Source of the DNA: a virus
Reading direction: 5' to 3' (one strand)
Length of the DNA stretch: 64,000 nucleotides
Virus record (IMG/VR): IMGVR_UViG_3300021139_002062
Within the stretch, counting starts at the first letter, position 1, and every line of letters begins with the position of its first letter. The position numbers and the translations under genes are program-made. The notes below the pieces were generated by a model, which saw only the letters and a program-made list of their open reading frames with translations, had not been told where the DNA came from and did no database searches. This document shows positions 42,957 through 51,708 of this stretch, piece by piece.

Positions 42957-44804
42957 TCATTGTGATTCCAATACCATATCATAAACAGAAAGAGATACCC
43001 AATCTGTTGCAGTTGCAGTTGATAAATAAAATCCTTGTGTGACTGCTGATGTTATGGTCACATTTATTTGGTTTAAATAGCCACTAGGCATATTCCAAAC
43101 AATAGATCCATTATTTTGATTTACCGCAATATAAAGATTGTTTGAAGCACTTATAGAAGTTGTGCTTGTTTGTATTGCCTGAATATAACCAGTTACAAAT
43201 GTGTTATTCCCATACCCAATAACTTTAGCACCCGCTGAATTATTATTTCCAATAACTCCAAATACTTTTAACAAATTATTAGCAGCAATAGTATTTGCAG
43301 GTAATATTATATTTGGGCCGATAACTGTGCCAGTCACGCCAGTATATGCTCCCACACCTGTTGTAACTAAAGTTGGTGTTGTTGGATAAGTTGGTTGTCC
43401 AGTTGTGTATTGATTAGAATAAACTAATCCAGATGTGGATGAAGAAAGTGTGACATAATACCACCCAGCACTAGAACCAGTCCAAGCACCTGCTGGAAAA
43501 TACATATAACATTTTGTCGGACTCCCATTATTTAACAAATAAGTGGTTATTGCAGTCCCTAAAGTTAAAACCCCAGTAGTCGCAGCAATTGAGCCTGTTG
43601 GTGCAATTACAAAAGGGATAGAACCGGTCAATAAAGATACTGTATTATTTACAGGCGTCCAAATTGTTCCATTACTTTTCCACAAACTGCCATTAGTGCC
43701 GACATCTGATACTTGATAAACTTGCCCAGTAGAAGAACCTGCCGAAGGCAAATTAGCAAATGTTACCGATTTAGGTGTTAATACACCACTAATATTTACA
43801 GCCTTCGCATCTTGCCAAGCCATTGTTCCTAAATACTGATTAAGTGGGATTTGATTGGCTTGTGTTCCAATATCTTTCTGATTGACGTTTGAATAACCAC
43901 CTTCAAGCAGGTTGGTAACGCTAAGGGTTTGTGTTCCTGCGTTGTAAGTAAAGCCACTGTTACCGGCAAACGATCCGCCGCTGTTGTACTGAACGTAGGT
44001 ATTAGAACCCGCCGCAGAGCCTGCAGTGCCAGATAGTCCAGAGTAGCCAGAGAACCCAGAGTAGCCAGAAAAGCTACTGTACCCTGAATAGCCTGAATAG
44101 CCAGAAAAGCTACTGTACCCCGATGTGCCAGAGTAACCAGAAAATCCACTATAGCCAGACACGCCAGATCCGCTGTAACCCGACACACCCGAGCCACTAT
44201 AACCCGATATGCCACTGTAGCCAGAGATACCGCTGTAACCTGATGTGCCACTATAGCCAGAGATACCCGAGTAGCCCGATACGCCGCTAAAACCACCCTG
44301 TCCGCTGTATCCAGAGATACCACTATACCCAGAGTAGCCAGAGAGTCCAGAAACGCCCTGTACGCCGCTATAACCCGATACGCCACTGTACCCAGAGTAC
44401 CCCGAGTAACCAGAAATACCCGAGCCACTATAGCCCGACTTGCCACTGAAACCCGAATAGCCACTATACCCCGAGTAGCCAGAGATACCCGAAATGCCAC
44501 TATACCCCGATGGTCCACTGTAGCCACTAATACCCGAATAGCCACTAAACCCTGAGTAACCCGAATAACCAGACCAGCCAGAAATTGGGCCAAGTACCTG
44601 CGTAGAGCCGTCACTGTAGTACACCACCAAGTTGCCGTTGGATGGGATGTACTGCATGTTGGTAATCAGTTTGCCAGGCGACGCCGCATTGGCAATTTGT
44701 GATACGGTGACCTGTTTTGTTACGCCATTTTGGACGACGACAGTTTGCTCTTGACCGGTGAGGTTAATAGCAATAGGTAGTTGGGTTATTGACTGATCTG
44801 CCAT
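42957..44804 (-). CDS. Long tail fibre with about 64 (Gly-X-Ser) triplets, mostly G-Y-S (615 aa)
   Basis: Residues 75-266 are an almost uninterrupted SGYSGYSGFSG... tract. The C-terminal half is globular and T/S/N-rich. Confidence 0.7.
   Translation of the reverse strand: MADQSITQLPIAINLTGQEQTVVVQNGVTKQVTVSQIANAASPGKLITNMQYIPSNGNLVVYYSDGSTQVLGPISGWSGYSGYSGFSGYSGISGYSGPSGYSGISGISGYSGYSGYSGFSGKSGYSGSGISGYSGYSGYSGVSGYSGVQGVSGLSGYSGYSGISGYSGQGGFSGVSGYSGISGYSGTSGYSGISGYSGISGYSGSGVSGYSGSGVSGYSGFSGYSGTSGYSSFSGYSGYSGYSSFSGYSGFSGYSGLSGTAGSAAGSNTYVQYNSGGSFAGNSGFTYNAGTQTLSVTNLLEGGYSNVNQKDIGTQANQIPLNQYLGTMAWQDAKAVNISGVLTPKSVTFANLPSAGSSTGQVYQVSDVGTNGSLWKSNGTIWTPVNNTVSLLTGSIPFVIAPTGSIAATTGVLTLGTAITTYLLNNGSPTKCYMYFPAGAWTGSSAGWYYVTLSSSTSGLVYSNQYTTGQPTYPTTPTLVTTGVGAYTGVTGTVIGPNIILPANTIAANNLLKVFGVIGNNNSAGAKVIGYGNNTFVTGYIQAIQTSTTSISASNNLYIAVNQNNGSIVWNMPSGYLNQINVTITSAVTQGFYLSTATATDWVSLSVYDMVLESQ
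44007..44582 (-). repeat. 9-bp-periodic coding tandem repeat (GYS tract)
   Basis: Read directly. A related tract lies at 37701-37814. Confidence 0.85.
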
Positions 44805-44807
44805 GGT

Positions 44808-45434
44808 TTAGGTATACGTAAATGCGCCGTGTAGTGTGGATGTGCCGAAGGTTGAAATTACTGCTAAATCAACAAGGCCAGTAATTGGGTACGCTTGTGT
44901 TACTGCCGTCATTTCAGTTGGGCTGTTAATACTAAAACTTGTTACGTTTGCACCACCCAATGTGACATTCGTGATGTTCACAAAGTTGGTGCCATGAATG
45001 GTTATGTTAGTACCGCCTGCACTACTGCCAGTGTTTGGTGCAACTGAATAGATAATTGGCGTGGTGGACGGTGGTAAAAACTGGTAAATAGAATCTAAGT
45101 TCAAATCGCCCTGTGGTGAAGTACCTGGGGCAACACCCGTAACAAAAAACGAGTTGTTGTTTTGAAACCCTGTCTGAGTTTTAAGCTCATTGCCACCAAC
45201 TGGGCCGGTAGCAATATTCACGTCGGGTCTTGGGAACCGCAAGGCAATATTTTCTGTCTGCCTTGCCGGGGATCTCCATGGATCCCATTGGTCTAAGTCA
45301 TCCTTACATACTCGCATGCCAGGTGCATTTGGATCGGGCATCAAATCGGTATACGCAAACTTCCTATTACACCTATCACAAATAGCTACAGATAAAACTG
45401 AATTACCCGAAGTATCAAGGTAAACTGGGGGCAT
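44808..45434 (-). CDS. Fibre-associated protein with N-terminal Cys pair and C-terminal IPT/TIG-like domain (208 aa)
   Basis: CDRCNRKF...VCKDD, and SVAPNTGSSAGGTNITIHGTNF..ITNVTLGG. Confidence 0.5.
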   Translation of the reverse strand: MPPVYLDTSGNSVLSVAICDRCNRKFAYTDLMPDPNAPGMRVCKDDLDQWDPWRSPARQTENIALRFPRPDVNIATGPVGGNELKTQTGFQNNNSFFVTGVAPGTSPQGDLNLDSIYQFLPPSTTPIIYSVAPNTGSSAGGTNITIHGTNFVNITNVTLGGANVTSFSINSPTEMTAVTQAYPITGLVDLAVISTFGTSTLHGAFTYT

Positions 45435-46003
45435 TATAGCTCTCCATTCTTATAGCGTTTTTTGAACGTCCTAATATCAATATTAAAATGTTTTGCTGCC
45501 GCTTGTTGCGAAACAAATTCCATATCACCCACAACAACTTTTTTACCAATCCCTTTTTTATTCCCAGAATTTTTAGAAAGTTTTTTTCTCGTTTCTTCTG
45601 AATGATGCCAACCATAGCCTCTTGTTGCAATTCCTTTTTTAGTATTTGATACTTTAATTGCTATTTTAGGGTCACACATTGGATTATCCTTGCCATATCT
45701 AACATTAGGCATCCCCCCACCAGGGGCTATATTCCAACCAATTTCCTTATTTGGACGTAATTTATGTTCAAATTCTAAACAATATAATTTATCTGAAATA
45801 AGCACAATAGAAAAAATAATATTTTCCCAACCATACTTTTTTGAAGCATTTGTAATAATTGGGTTATTGTGTGTTGATTGGTTCGCTTGGGCTTTATGTT
45901 TTGCAAAACGCTTTTTTGTATTATTAGTCACCCCAACATATCCCTGACTAAAAATATCAGTGTGGTTTTTGTGATGTATCCAATAAACAGTATATTCTTG
46001 CAC
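45434..46003 (-). mobile_element. GIY-YIG homing endonuclease (free-standing), paralog 2
   Basis: YTVYWI...GYVGVT...RFAKHK...E...GWNIAPGG. It clearly parallels the ORF at 32919-33581. Confidence 0.8.
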
Positions 46004-46015
46004 GATTTAAAAACC

Positions 46016-46810
46016 TTACAGAACGGAAGGAAGTGCTTGACCGTCGTTTTGTACTAAATAACACTCAACCGCAACACTTACTGCCGCAGTGCCTGTGCTA
46101 GTAGCACACTGAATCTGAATATCTGTCTTTTCAGCAAAGGGACGAGGCATTACTCGTTGTGCATGATAAAACTGGGTGAATGGTGACTGTTGTGTTACAG
46201 TAACCACACCACTAGACGAAATACTTTGGTTACGATAAGTCACATAGTTAGCGTTGTTGCCGTTAAACGAAGTATAACCGTCAACACGGGTCAAGTACAG
46301 TGTGTATCCAGCGGGTACCGTGTAAATTGCCATCTGTGTTCTGCCAATACCAGCATTAATTTGTGCGTAAGTGGTGGTGTTAGTAACATCTTTAAGTGTG
46401 ACAACACCCGATGGGTTTGTTGCACTGCCAGAAGAAACGAACATGTTGTTTATACGAAAATACTGGTTCACCGTAGGTACGGGGGTAGCACCATTAAGGG
46501 TCAATATCTCAGAAATCTGTCGGTAGTTGGCGTCCAAACCAACAATATTGATTTTTGCCGTATCGCCAACACTACCAGCCAAGTTCATAGTAATTGCTGT
46601 GCTTGGGTAAGAATATGTTGTGGCGTTTTCCCACAACGGAATAACCGCAGTGGTTACGGCAGTTTGGTAGCCATAAATGTTTACCGTGCTGTGACCCATA
46701 ATTTGGTTACGGGCAATTTGAAGTTCTAGGTTTTCAAACTGACCCATTTTTGTAATGGACTCAATAGGGTAAGGCGTTGCTTGTAGGTTTGTTACTAAAT
46801 TCGATGCCAT
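46016..46810 (-). CDS. Virion structural protein (264 aa)
   Basis: ORF in the late operon. It is beta-rich with no diagnostic motif. Confidence 0.4.
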   Translation of the reverse strand: MASNLVTNLQATPYPIESITKMGQFENLELQIARNQIMGHSTVNIYGYQTAVTTAVIPLWENATTYSYPSTAITMNLAGSVGDTAKINIVGLDANYRQISEILTLNGATPVPTVNQYFRINNMFVSSGSATNPSGVVTLKDVTNTTTYAQINAGIGRTQMAIYTVPAGYTLYLTRVDGYTSFNGNNANYVTYRNQSISSSGVVTVTQQSPFTQFYHAQRVMPRPFAEKTDIQIQCATSTGTAAVSVAVECYLVQNDGQALPSVL

Positions 46811-46863
46811 AATTAATTTCCTTAAAAGTTAGACAATGGGGGACTAGCCCCCAAGGTAATTAA

Positions 46864-47394
46864 TTAGCTGTTTGTGTAACCAGCGCCGTAAGCAATGATT
46901 GAACCGTCTAGGTTGCGTGGTGTGTATGCTACATCAAAGGTACCAGCCAATGTGCCAGTTACACCAGAAGTAGTGCCAACTACAAAGGACAATGTTACAT
47001 CACTAGTACCGACGTTTGCCATAATGGCTGCAGCGGCTGTAGTAGTTGCTGGCACAAACGAAATGCTTCCGCCAGTGGTTGTTGGAGTAATGGTGCCGAT
47101 GGCTGTTGAGCCAACGTTTACAGTAATTACCATGCCAGTAAATGCGGACGGTGCTGTGGTTTCAAACAAACGGACGTTGCTGATTAATGAGCCCGCAGGA
47201 ATGACAATATCATCACGGGTTGTGGATTGACTGCCAACACCATAGGTGAGGATGGTACCAGCGGCGTTTACGCCAGAAAAAGTAACCTGCTGGGAAGTAG
47301 AGGCGGCACCCGTGTTGTCTGGGGCAATAACACCGTTGTTGGTTGGGTTGTTACGCTTGAAAATACGAATTGGGGTTGTGAATGTGCTAGACAT
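46864..47394 (-). CDS. T/A/G-rich virion protein (176 aa; possible decoration/Ig-like)
   Basis: First gene after promoter-like motif P4. The call rests on composition. Confidence 0.35.
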   Translation of the reverse strand: MSSTFTTPIRIFKRNNPTNNGVIAPDNTGAASTSQQVTFSGVNAAGTILTYGVGSQSTTRDDIVIPAGSLISNVRLFETTAPSAFTGMVITVNVGSTAIGTITPTTTGGSISFVPATTTAAAAIMANVGTSDVTLSFVVGTTSGVTGTLAGTFDVAYTPRNLDGSIIAYGAGYTNS

Positions 47395-47480
47395 GTTTGT
47401 TTCCTTATCTTAGTGGATACCCCAAGTTGTCTCTAAGTCGCCTACTGGGAAGGAGCAGTAGTCAAAATGGGATGAATCTT

Positions 47481-47522
47481 CCTATATACACTAATGCAAA
47501 AAATAAGAGAAATCCGCCCTAA
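47481..47522 (-). promoter_or_regulatory. Promoter-like motif P4
   Basis: TAGGGCG-GATTTCTCTTATTTTTT-GCATTAGT-GTATAT-AGG, immediately after the capsid terminator. Confidence 0.6.
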
Positions 47523-47527
47523 ATAAC

Positions 47528-47558
47528 AAAAAAGCCACTCTTGTGAAGTGGCTTTTTT
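47528..47558. terminator. Bidirectional rho-independent terminator after the capsid gene
   Basis: A6-GCCACT-CTTGTGA-AGTGGC-T6. Confidence 0.8.
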
Positions 47559-47576
47559 GATTTTTGCTGCGTTGGA

Positions 47577-48494
47577 TTAGAGGCCAGGTGTACCGTAAAT
47601 ATTACGGGAATCGTGCCAACCAGTCGCATAACGCTCAGTAGCCTTATAGCGCATACTGTCAGTCTCAAAATCGCCCTCCATCGATTTCTCCATAGGACGA
47701 CGCATAACGAGCATTAAGCCGTTTTCTGCATCTGTCTGGATCCACCAGGCTTTGCTTGAGCTCAAACGAGTAACAACGTGTGCGCCTTTTGGCAACATAC
47801 CTGTTGACTTGATTGGGTTCAAATCATTGTCAGCTGTACCAGAACGGAGAACAGACTTGAGGATAACCTCTGCCTGGAACTCAAGTGCTGGAGGAACAAC
47901 TAACTGCTCTGCCTTCAAGCGAATACGCTTACCGTTGTTGTCAACAGCAGAACGAATCTGAATCAACATCTGTTCAACAGAAGTTTGGCTCAAAGAAGCT
48001 GCAGTAGATAACTGGTTAGAGTAAGAACCGCCGTTGGCGATTGGGTGAGCTGTGTTGATCAACGTTACGCCGTCACCGCCTACATAACCAGATGTGAAAG
48101 CAAAGTTCAAAATGTTTGCACATAATGTTTCTTTAGTTTCAATCATGGACTGAGCTAAGTGTTTAGCGAATGTAGAACCGATACGAATATGGTCGCCGTC
48201 TTCCATCAAGACTTTGGTTAAAGCATATGCTAAACCATAGATTTGATAGATGAAACGTGTGATATACAATGTACCGCCCTGATCATAACTGACAGGAGTT
48301 CCGTCAGGCATTGCAGGAGCAGCATTCATACCATATAGCATCACTTCTTCGTGATAGTTACGTGGAATACCTTGGATTTCTTCTACAAAACCCTTCCATT
48401 CATCGGAGCGCTGTTCATAAACGCCATCAAAGACTTCGTTGATAATCGGTTCGACTACCGCACGAAAGTCCGTACTACGCATTGGGGTTGCCAT
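47577..48494 (-). CDS. Major capsid protein (HK97-fold type)
   Basis: 305 aa. The gene has a strong terminator downstream and sits after the scaffold. The sequence pattern is typical of HK97-like coat proteins (recalled). Confidence 0.7.
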   Translation of the reverse strand: MATPMRSTDFRAVVEPIINEVFDGVYEQRSDEWKGFVEEIQGIPRNYHEEVMLYGMNAAPAMPDGTPVSYDQGGTLYITRFIYQIYGLAYALTKVLMEDGDHIRIGSTFAKHLAQSMIETKETLCANILNFAFTSGYVGGDGVTLINTAHPIANGGSYSNQLSTAASLSQTSVEQMLIQIRSAVDNNGKRIRLKAEQLVVPPALEFQAEVILKSVLRSGTADNDLNPIKSTGMLPKGAHVVTRLSSSKAWWIQTDAENGLMLVMRRPMEKSMEGDFETDSMRYKATERYATGWHDSRNIYGTPGL

Positions 48495-48517
48495 GTGTTA
48501 GTTCCTTTCGTTGTTAA

Positions 48518-49180
48518 TTAAACCGATACCGACGGAGCGGCAAACTGGTTATTGCAGATTTGAACCTGAACGATTGTGTAAGCGTCGCCCCACTGGTTTG
48601 TGTTACCAGCTGGGTATGCTACTTCACGTCCGAGTCCTACTACACGTACTTGGCCTTGGTTTCCAGAGCCTACAGCAGTTGCTAACAATGCTGTGGTAGA
48701 GAAACCTGCACCACCATTACCAATAGCATAGCCATCAGTTACAGTTGAGCCAGAAGTTGTGTCAAAGTTGTACTCAGTACCGATTGCTGCAGAGGTTGCA
48801 GAACCATTAACTTGAGCTTCATATACGAGTGCTGGGTCAGTGAAGAGCCAGAAAACGATGTTAGTGGATGCGTCAAGGGTTGTCTTAGCAGCGTATTTAG
48901 CTACAGAACGACGACCGTCAGAGTTTGTGTACTCTACGCCGTCAAATACACCATAAACTTTACCACTTGCTGCGGTTTGGTTGGCGATTGTTAATTGACC
49001 AGAACTATTGATCGCTACAGGTTGGAACTGCCAGAAAGACTGGCCAGAACTTAACGAGTAAGGAGCACTGTACGATGTTCCTGGGACAAATGTGTTCGTA
49101 CCAACGAATGGTACTGCACGATCTAATCCGCTAGGATGATATACAGGTTTCAGGCCAAAGGGTTGAAATGTTGCAGACAT
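48518..49180 (-). CDS. Second abundant head protein candidate (decoration/cement-like, 220 aa)
   Basis: Lies between the scaffold-region genes and the capsid gene. It is beta-rich. Function is inferred from position only. Confidence 0.35.
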   Translation of the reverse strand: MSATFQPFGLKPVYHPSGLDRAVPFVGTNTFVPGTSYSAPYSLSSGQSFWQFQPVAINSSGQLTIANQTAASGKVYGVFDGVEYTNSDGRRSVAKYAAKTTLDASTNIVFWLFTDPALVYEAQVNGSATSAAIGTEYNFDTTSGSTVTDGYAIGNGGAGFSTTALLATAVGSGNQGQVRVVGLGREVAYPAGNTNQWGDAYTIVQVQICNNQFAAPSVSV

Positions 49181-49209
49181 TTATATTTCCTTTGTTTTTT
49201 TGAAGATTG

Positions 49210-49764
49210 TTATGAAAAACGAATATTAGCATTCGCTTTTGCGATTTCTCTTTCCATTTCAAGAATTCCACCTTCAAGAATTGATCTACCACCTCTGTTT
49301 TCTTGGGCTGACCCACGAACTTGTTCAGTGATATTGCGTTGATGCTCTAGTGGATCCTCTAAATGCAACATACGCATTACTTCTTGATAGATTTCTTCTG
49401 GTAATTTGAAAAGAACCATTTCATTACAGCTAATACAGCCTTCAAACTTGCCCGAGCTCATTTTACCTAAGTTTTCAAAGCCTTTACCTAAATCCGAGGC
49501 TTTCACTGGTTCATAACCCAATGCCAAACGTTTGTCGATACTGTCATAATTATTTGTGGTGGATAACCAACACAAATGGAATCCAGGAAGTATTCCTGGG
49601 GGTAAATCAGGCAAAGCACTGTTTTGCCACTTATCACGGAACGCATCTAACCGTTCCCTTTTTGATTTTGCTTCAGGATCCTCATTAAGAATCCTATCTT
49701 TTGTTTCTTCTACTCGATCTAGTAAACGATCTTCTAAATCGCGCTTAATTCTTGTATTTGCCAT
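49210..49764 (-). CDS. Head-module hypothetical protein (184 aa)
   Basis: ORF in the head operon. Confidence 0.5.
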   Translation of the reverse strand: MANTRIKRDLEDRLLDRVEETKDRILNEDPEAKSKRERLDAFRDKWQNSALPDLPPGILPGFHLCWLSTTNNYDSIDKRLALGYEPVKASDLGKGFENLGKMSSGKFEGCISCNEMVLFKLPEEIYQEVMRMLHLEDPLEHQRNITEQVRGSAQENRGGRSILEGGILEMEREIAKANANIRFS

Positions 49765-49769
49765 GATAA

Positions 49770-50771
49770 TTAACCTTTATTGTTACGATCGTACTGTGCA
49801 TATGCACGGATCATTTTGTTTCGTTTTTCTACATCGTCCCAAGCACCTGCATCCTTGATTGCCTGTACACGTTCACGACTTAATGTGATGGTGCCAGGTT
49901 TTTGTGCATTTGCATTTGCCACTCTACTAGACGCTGTTGGTCCAGGTGAGCGTTTTCCTTCTCTACTACCTTTACTTGCGTATCGGTGAGGCAATCGAGA
50001 CTGTAGTCGATTATCTAACTCTTCCCAATATTCAGAATCTCTAGGATCCCAACCATCGGCTGCGAGTTCTTGGTCAATTACTTTGGCAATTCTACTATCG
50101 GTATCTCTAGCTTGAGGATCAAACCAAGTGTTCTTTTTTAACCATTTTGTGGCTAATTCTTGAACTTCTTTGGTTACCAAATTAGGCACATTTTGCTTAG
50201 GCGCCTTTGCTTCCTCAACTTGTTGCTTTTTATAATGCTGGATTTGTTGCAGACGCTGTTTAGCTTCTGTTAACTCTTCCAAATACTCTACTTGAGCTGC
50301 AGCATTGTTTTCTTGTGCTGCTTGTAACAATTTCATTTTGGCGTACTCAACTCGAGTAGCCTCATCTTCTAACGCCTTATCAATCTGAGCAAATTGGTAA
50401 GATACTGCGGTATTTTCAACCTTAGCAAGTCGTTCTGCTAATTCTGCATTACGGCGTTCAAGAGCATTTATTTTATTTTTTGCAGATATTTCACGTTGCT
50501 TTTTTAATTCTTTTTTAAGTTTACGCTCTTCTCTGCGGGCTTCACGGATTGCTTCACGTTCTTCTTCCGTCTCCCCTTCTTCAGCAGCTTCATTGTCAGA
50601 GGCAGTATTTTGTGCTTCCTCATCATCGTCATCATCTTCGTGATCTTCGTCTGCTTTTTTTACTTCTTTTTTGTCTTCTAAGGATTCAAAATCCTCTGGA
50701 AAATCAATTTTGGCTAATACTGAGCCATCTTCTTGTTCCTTAATAGGAACATCTTTTTCATTGTCTGCCAT
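49770..50771 (-). CDS. Scaffolding protein
   Basis: Has an acidic N-terminus (EDHEDDDDDEEAQ) and long coiled coils. It lies between the portal and capsid genes. Confidence 0.65.
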   Translation of the reverse strand: MADNEKDVPIKEQEDGSVLAKIDFPEDFESLEDKKEVKKADEDHEDDDDDEEAQNTASDNEAAEEGETEEEREAIREARREERKLKKELKKQREISAKNKINALERRNAELAERLAKVENTAVSYQFAQIDKALEDEATRVEYAKMKLLQAAQENNAAAQVEYLEELTEAKQRLQQIQHYKKQQVEEAKAPKQNVPNLVTKEVQELATKWLKKNTWFDPQARDTDSRIAKVIDQELAADGWDPRDSEYWEELDNRLQSRLPHRYASKGSREGKRSPGPTASSRVANANAQKPGTITLSRERVQAIKDAGAWDDVEKRNKMIRAYAQYDRNNKG

Positions 50772-50791
50772 ACTTTTCTTTCAAAAGTTAA

Positions 50792-51232
50792 TTAATCCAC
50801 AAAAGCTTTCATTTTCTGCGCATATTCAAAACTCTTAATGCGAGAAATGATTTCACGGGCTTGTAATGTAATAAACACTACTGCTCCGCCATCATCACCT
50901 GGATCTACAACAAAACGATCTCCACCGTATTTAATTGTCCTTACCAAATCACCCACTTTGCACCATGGGCCTTCTATCCAAGGCTCTAAGGTTTCCGGCG
51001 ATTTATATGCTAACGGTCCAATTTGTACTACTTTGGCTACTGTTTCATTGAACTTCAGTGTTTGTTGAGTTTCATCAACAAAAATGATGCCACCTTTGCT
51101 CTTTATTTTTTGTCTGCGTAACTGTACTAATACTCTGTCTCCAGCCACCTCGACACCATGGTCTACAACAGGGAAGCATTCTTCTTCCGAGCGTAAATCT
51201 GGCTCTTCTTTTACATTTAAATCAAGTGCCAT
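50792..51232 (-). CDS. GroES/Cpn10-like co-chaperonin
   Basis: GDRVLVQ...SKGGII...AKVVQIGP...KVGDLV...YGG mirrors the GroES blocks DRVIVK / SAGGIV / AVG.G / VGDIV. Confidence 0.55.
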   Translation of the reverse strand: MALDLNVKEEPDLRSEEECFPVVDHGVEVAGDRVLVQLRRQKIKSKGGIIFVDETQQTLKFNETVAKVVQIGPLAYKSPETLEPWIEGPWCKVGDLVRTIKYGGDRFVVDPGDDGGAVVFITLQAREIISRIKSFEYAQKMKAFVD

Positions 51233-51258
51233 TCGGCATTCTCCTTAATCTTTACAGA

Positions 51259-51453
51259 TTATTTAAAATCCTCTTCGTCTTCGCTAAGGATAGATTCAAT
51301 GATATCCAAAGCATCTTGAATACCACTTTTTTGGCCGACAAATCGCTGGTAAGTTGCGTAGTCGTGCACATTAACACCTGACGAAATAGCGTGTGTTAAT
51401 TCTTTATCAGCGTTTTTCAAACGCTTAATTACTTCAGAAATAATATCTTTCAT
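51259..51453 (-). CDS. Hypothetical acidic protein (64 aa), predicted leaderless
   Basis: The ATG sits exactly at the predicted +1 of promoter-like motif P5. Confidence 0.55.
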   Translation of the reverse strand: MKDIISEVIKRLKNADKELTHAISSGVNVHDYATYQRFVGQKSGIQDALDIIESILSEDEEDFK

Positions 51454-51491
51454 AACTTTACTAATGCAAACATTTGGGCGAATCCGCCCTA
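51451..51491 (-). promoter_or_regulatory. Promoter-like motif P5
   Basis: TAGGGCG-GATTCGCCCAAATGTTT-GCATTAGT-AAAGTT-ATG. Confidence 0.6.
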
Positions 51492-51497
51492 GAATGA

Positions 51498-51707
51498 TTA
51501 ATAAAAGTTACCGCCACCGATGTCTTTTAGGTTTTTATCTGGGCCAACCTTACTAGATTTAGCCATTTTGTTGCCGTTGAGTACTGCATTGTTGGCTCTT
51601 TTACTGCCAGATGGTCCGTTTTCTACTTTTTGATCTGGACCACCAGCATAACCTGGAGTTCCTGTCATTTTGTAGGCTTTACGAAACCCTAATTCATCTT
51701 TTGCCAT
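51498..51707 (-). CDS. Small Gly/Lys-rich protein (69 aa)
   Basis: ORF 1 nt downstream of the portal gene. Confidence 0.5.
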   Translation of the reverse strand: MAKDELGFRKAYKMTGTPGYAGGPDQKVENGPSGSKRANNAVLNGNKMAKSSKVGPDKNLKDIGGGNFY

Positions 51708-51708
51708 G

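Noticed and set aside
43829-44614. 261-aa alternative-frame ORF inside the GYS repeat.
   Set aside because: This is a frame artefact of the 9-bp periodic repeat. The GYS frame continues into well-formed N- and C-terminal domains.
46190-46729. 179-aa plus-strand ORF antisense to the 264-aa late gene.
   Set aside because: It has no RBS, lies antisense within a uniformly minus-strand operon, and has a Cys/Arg-rich composition typical of shadow ORFs.
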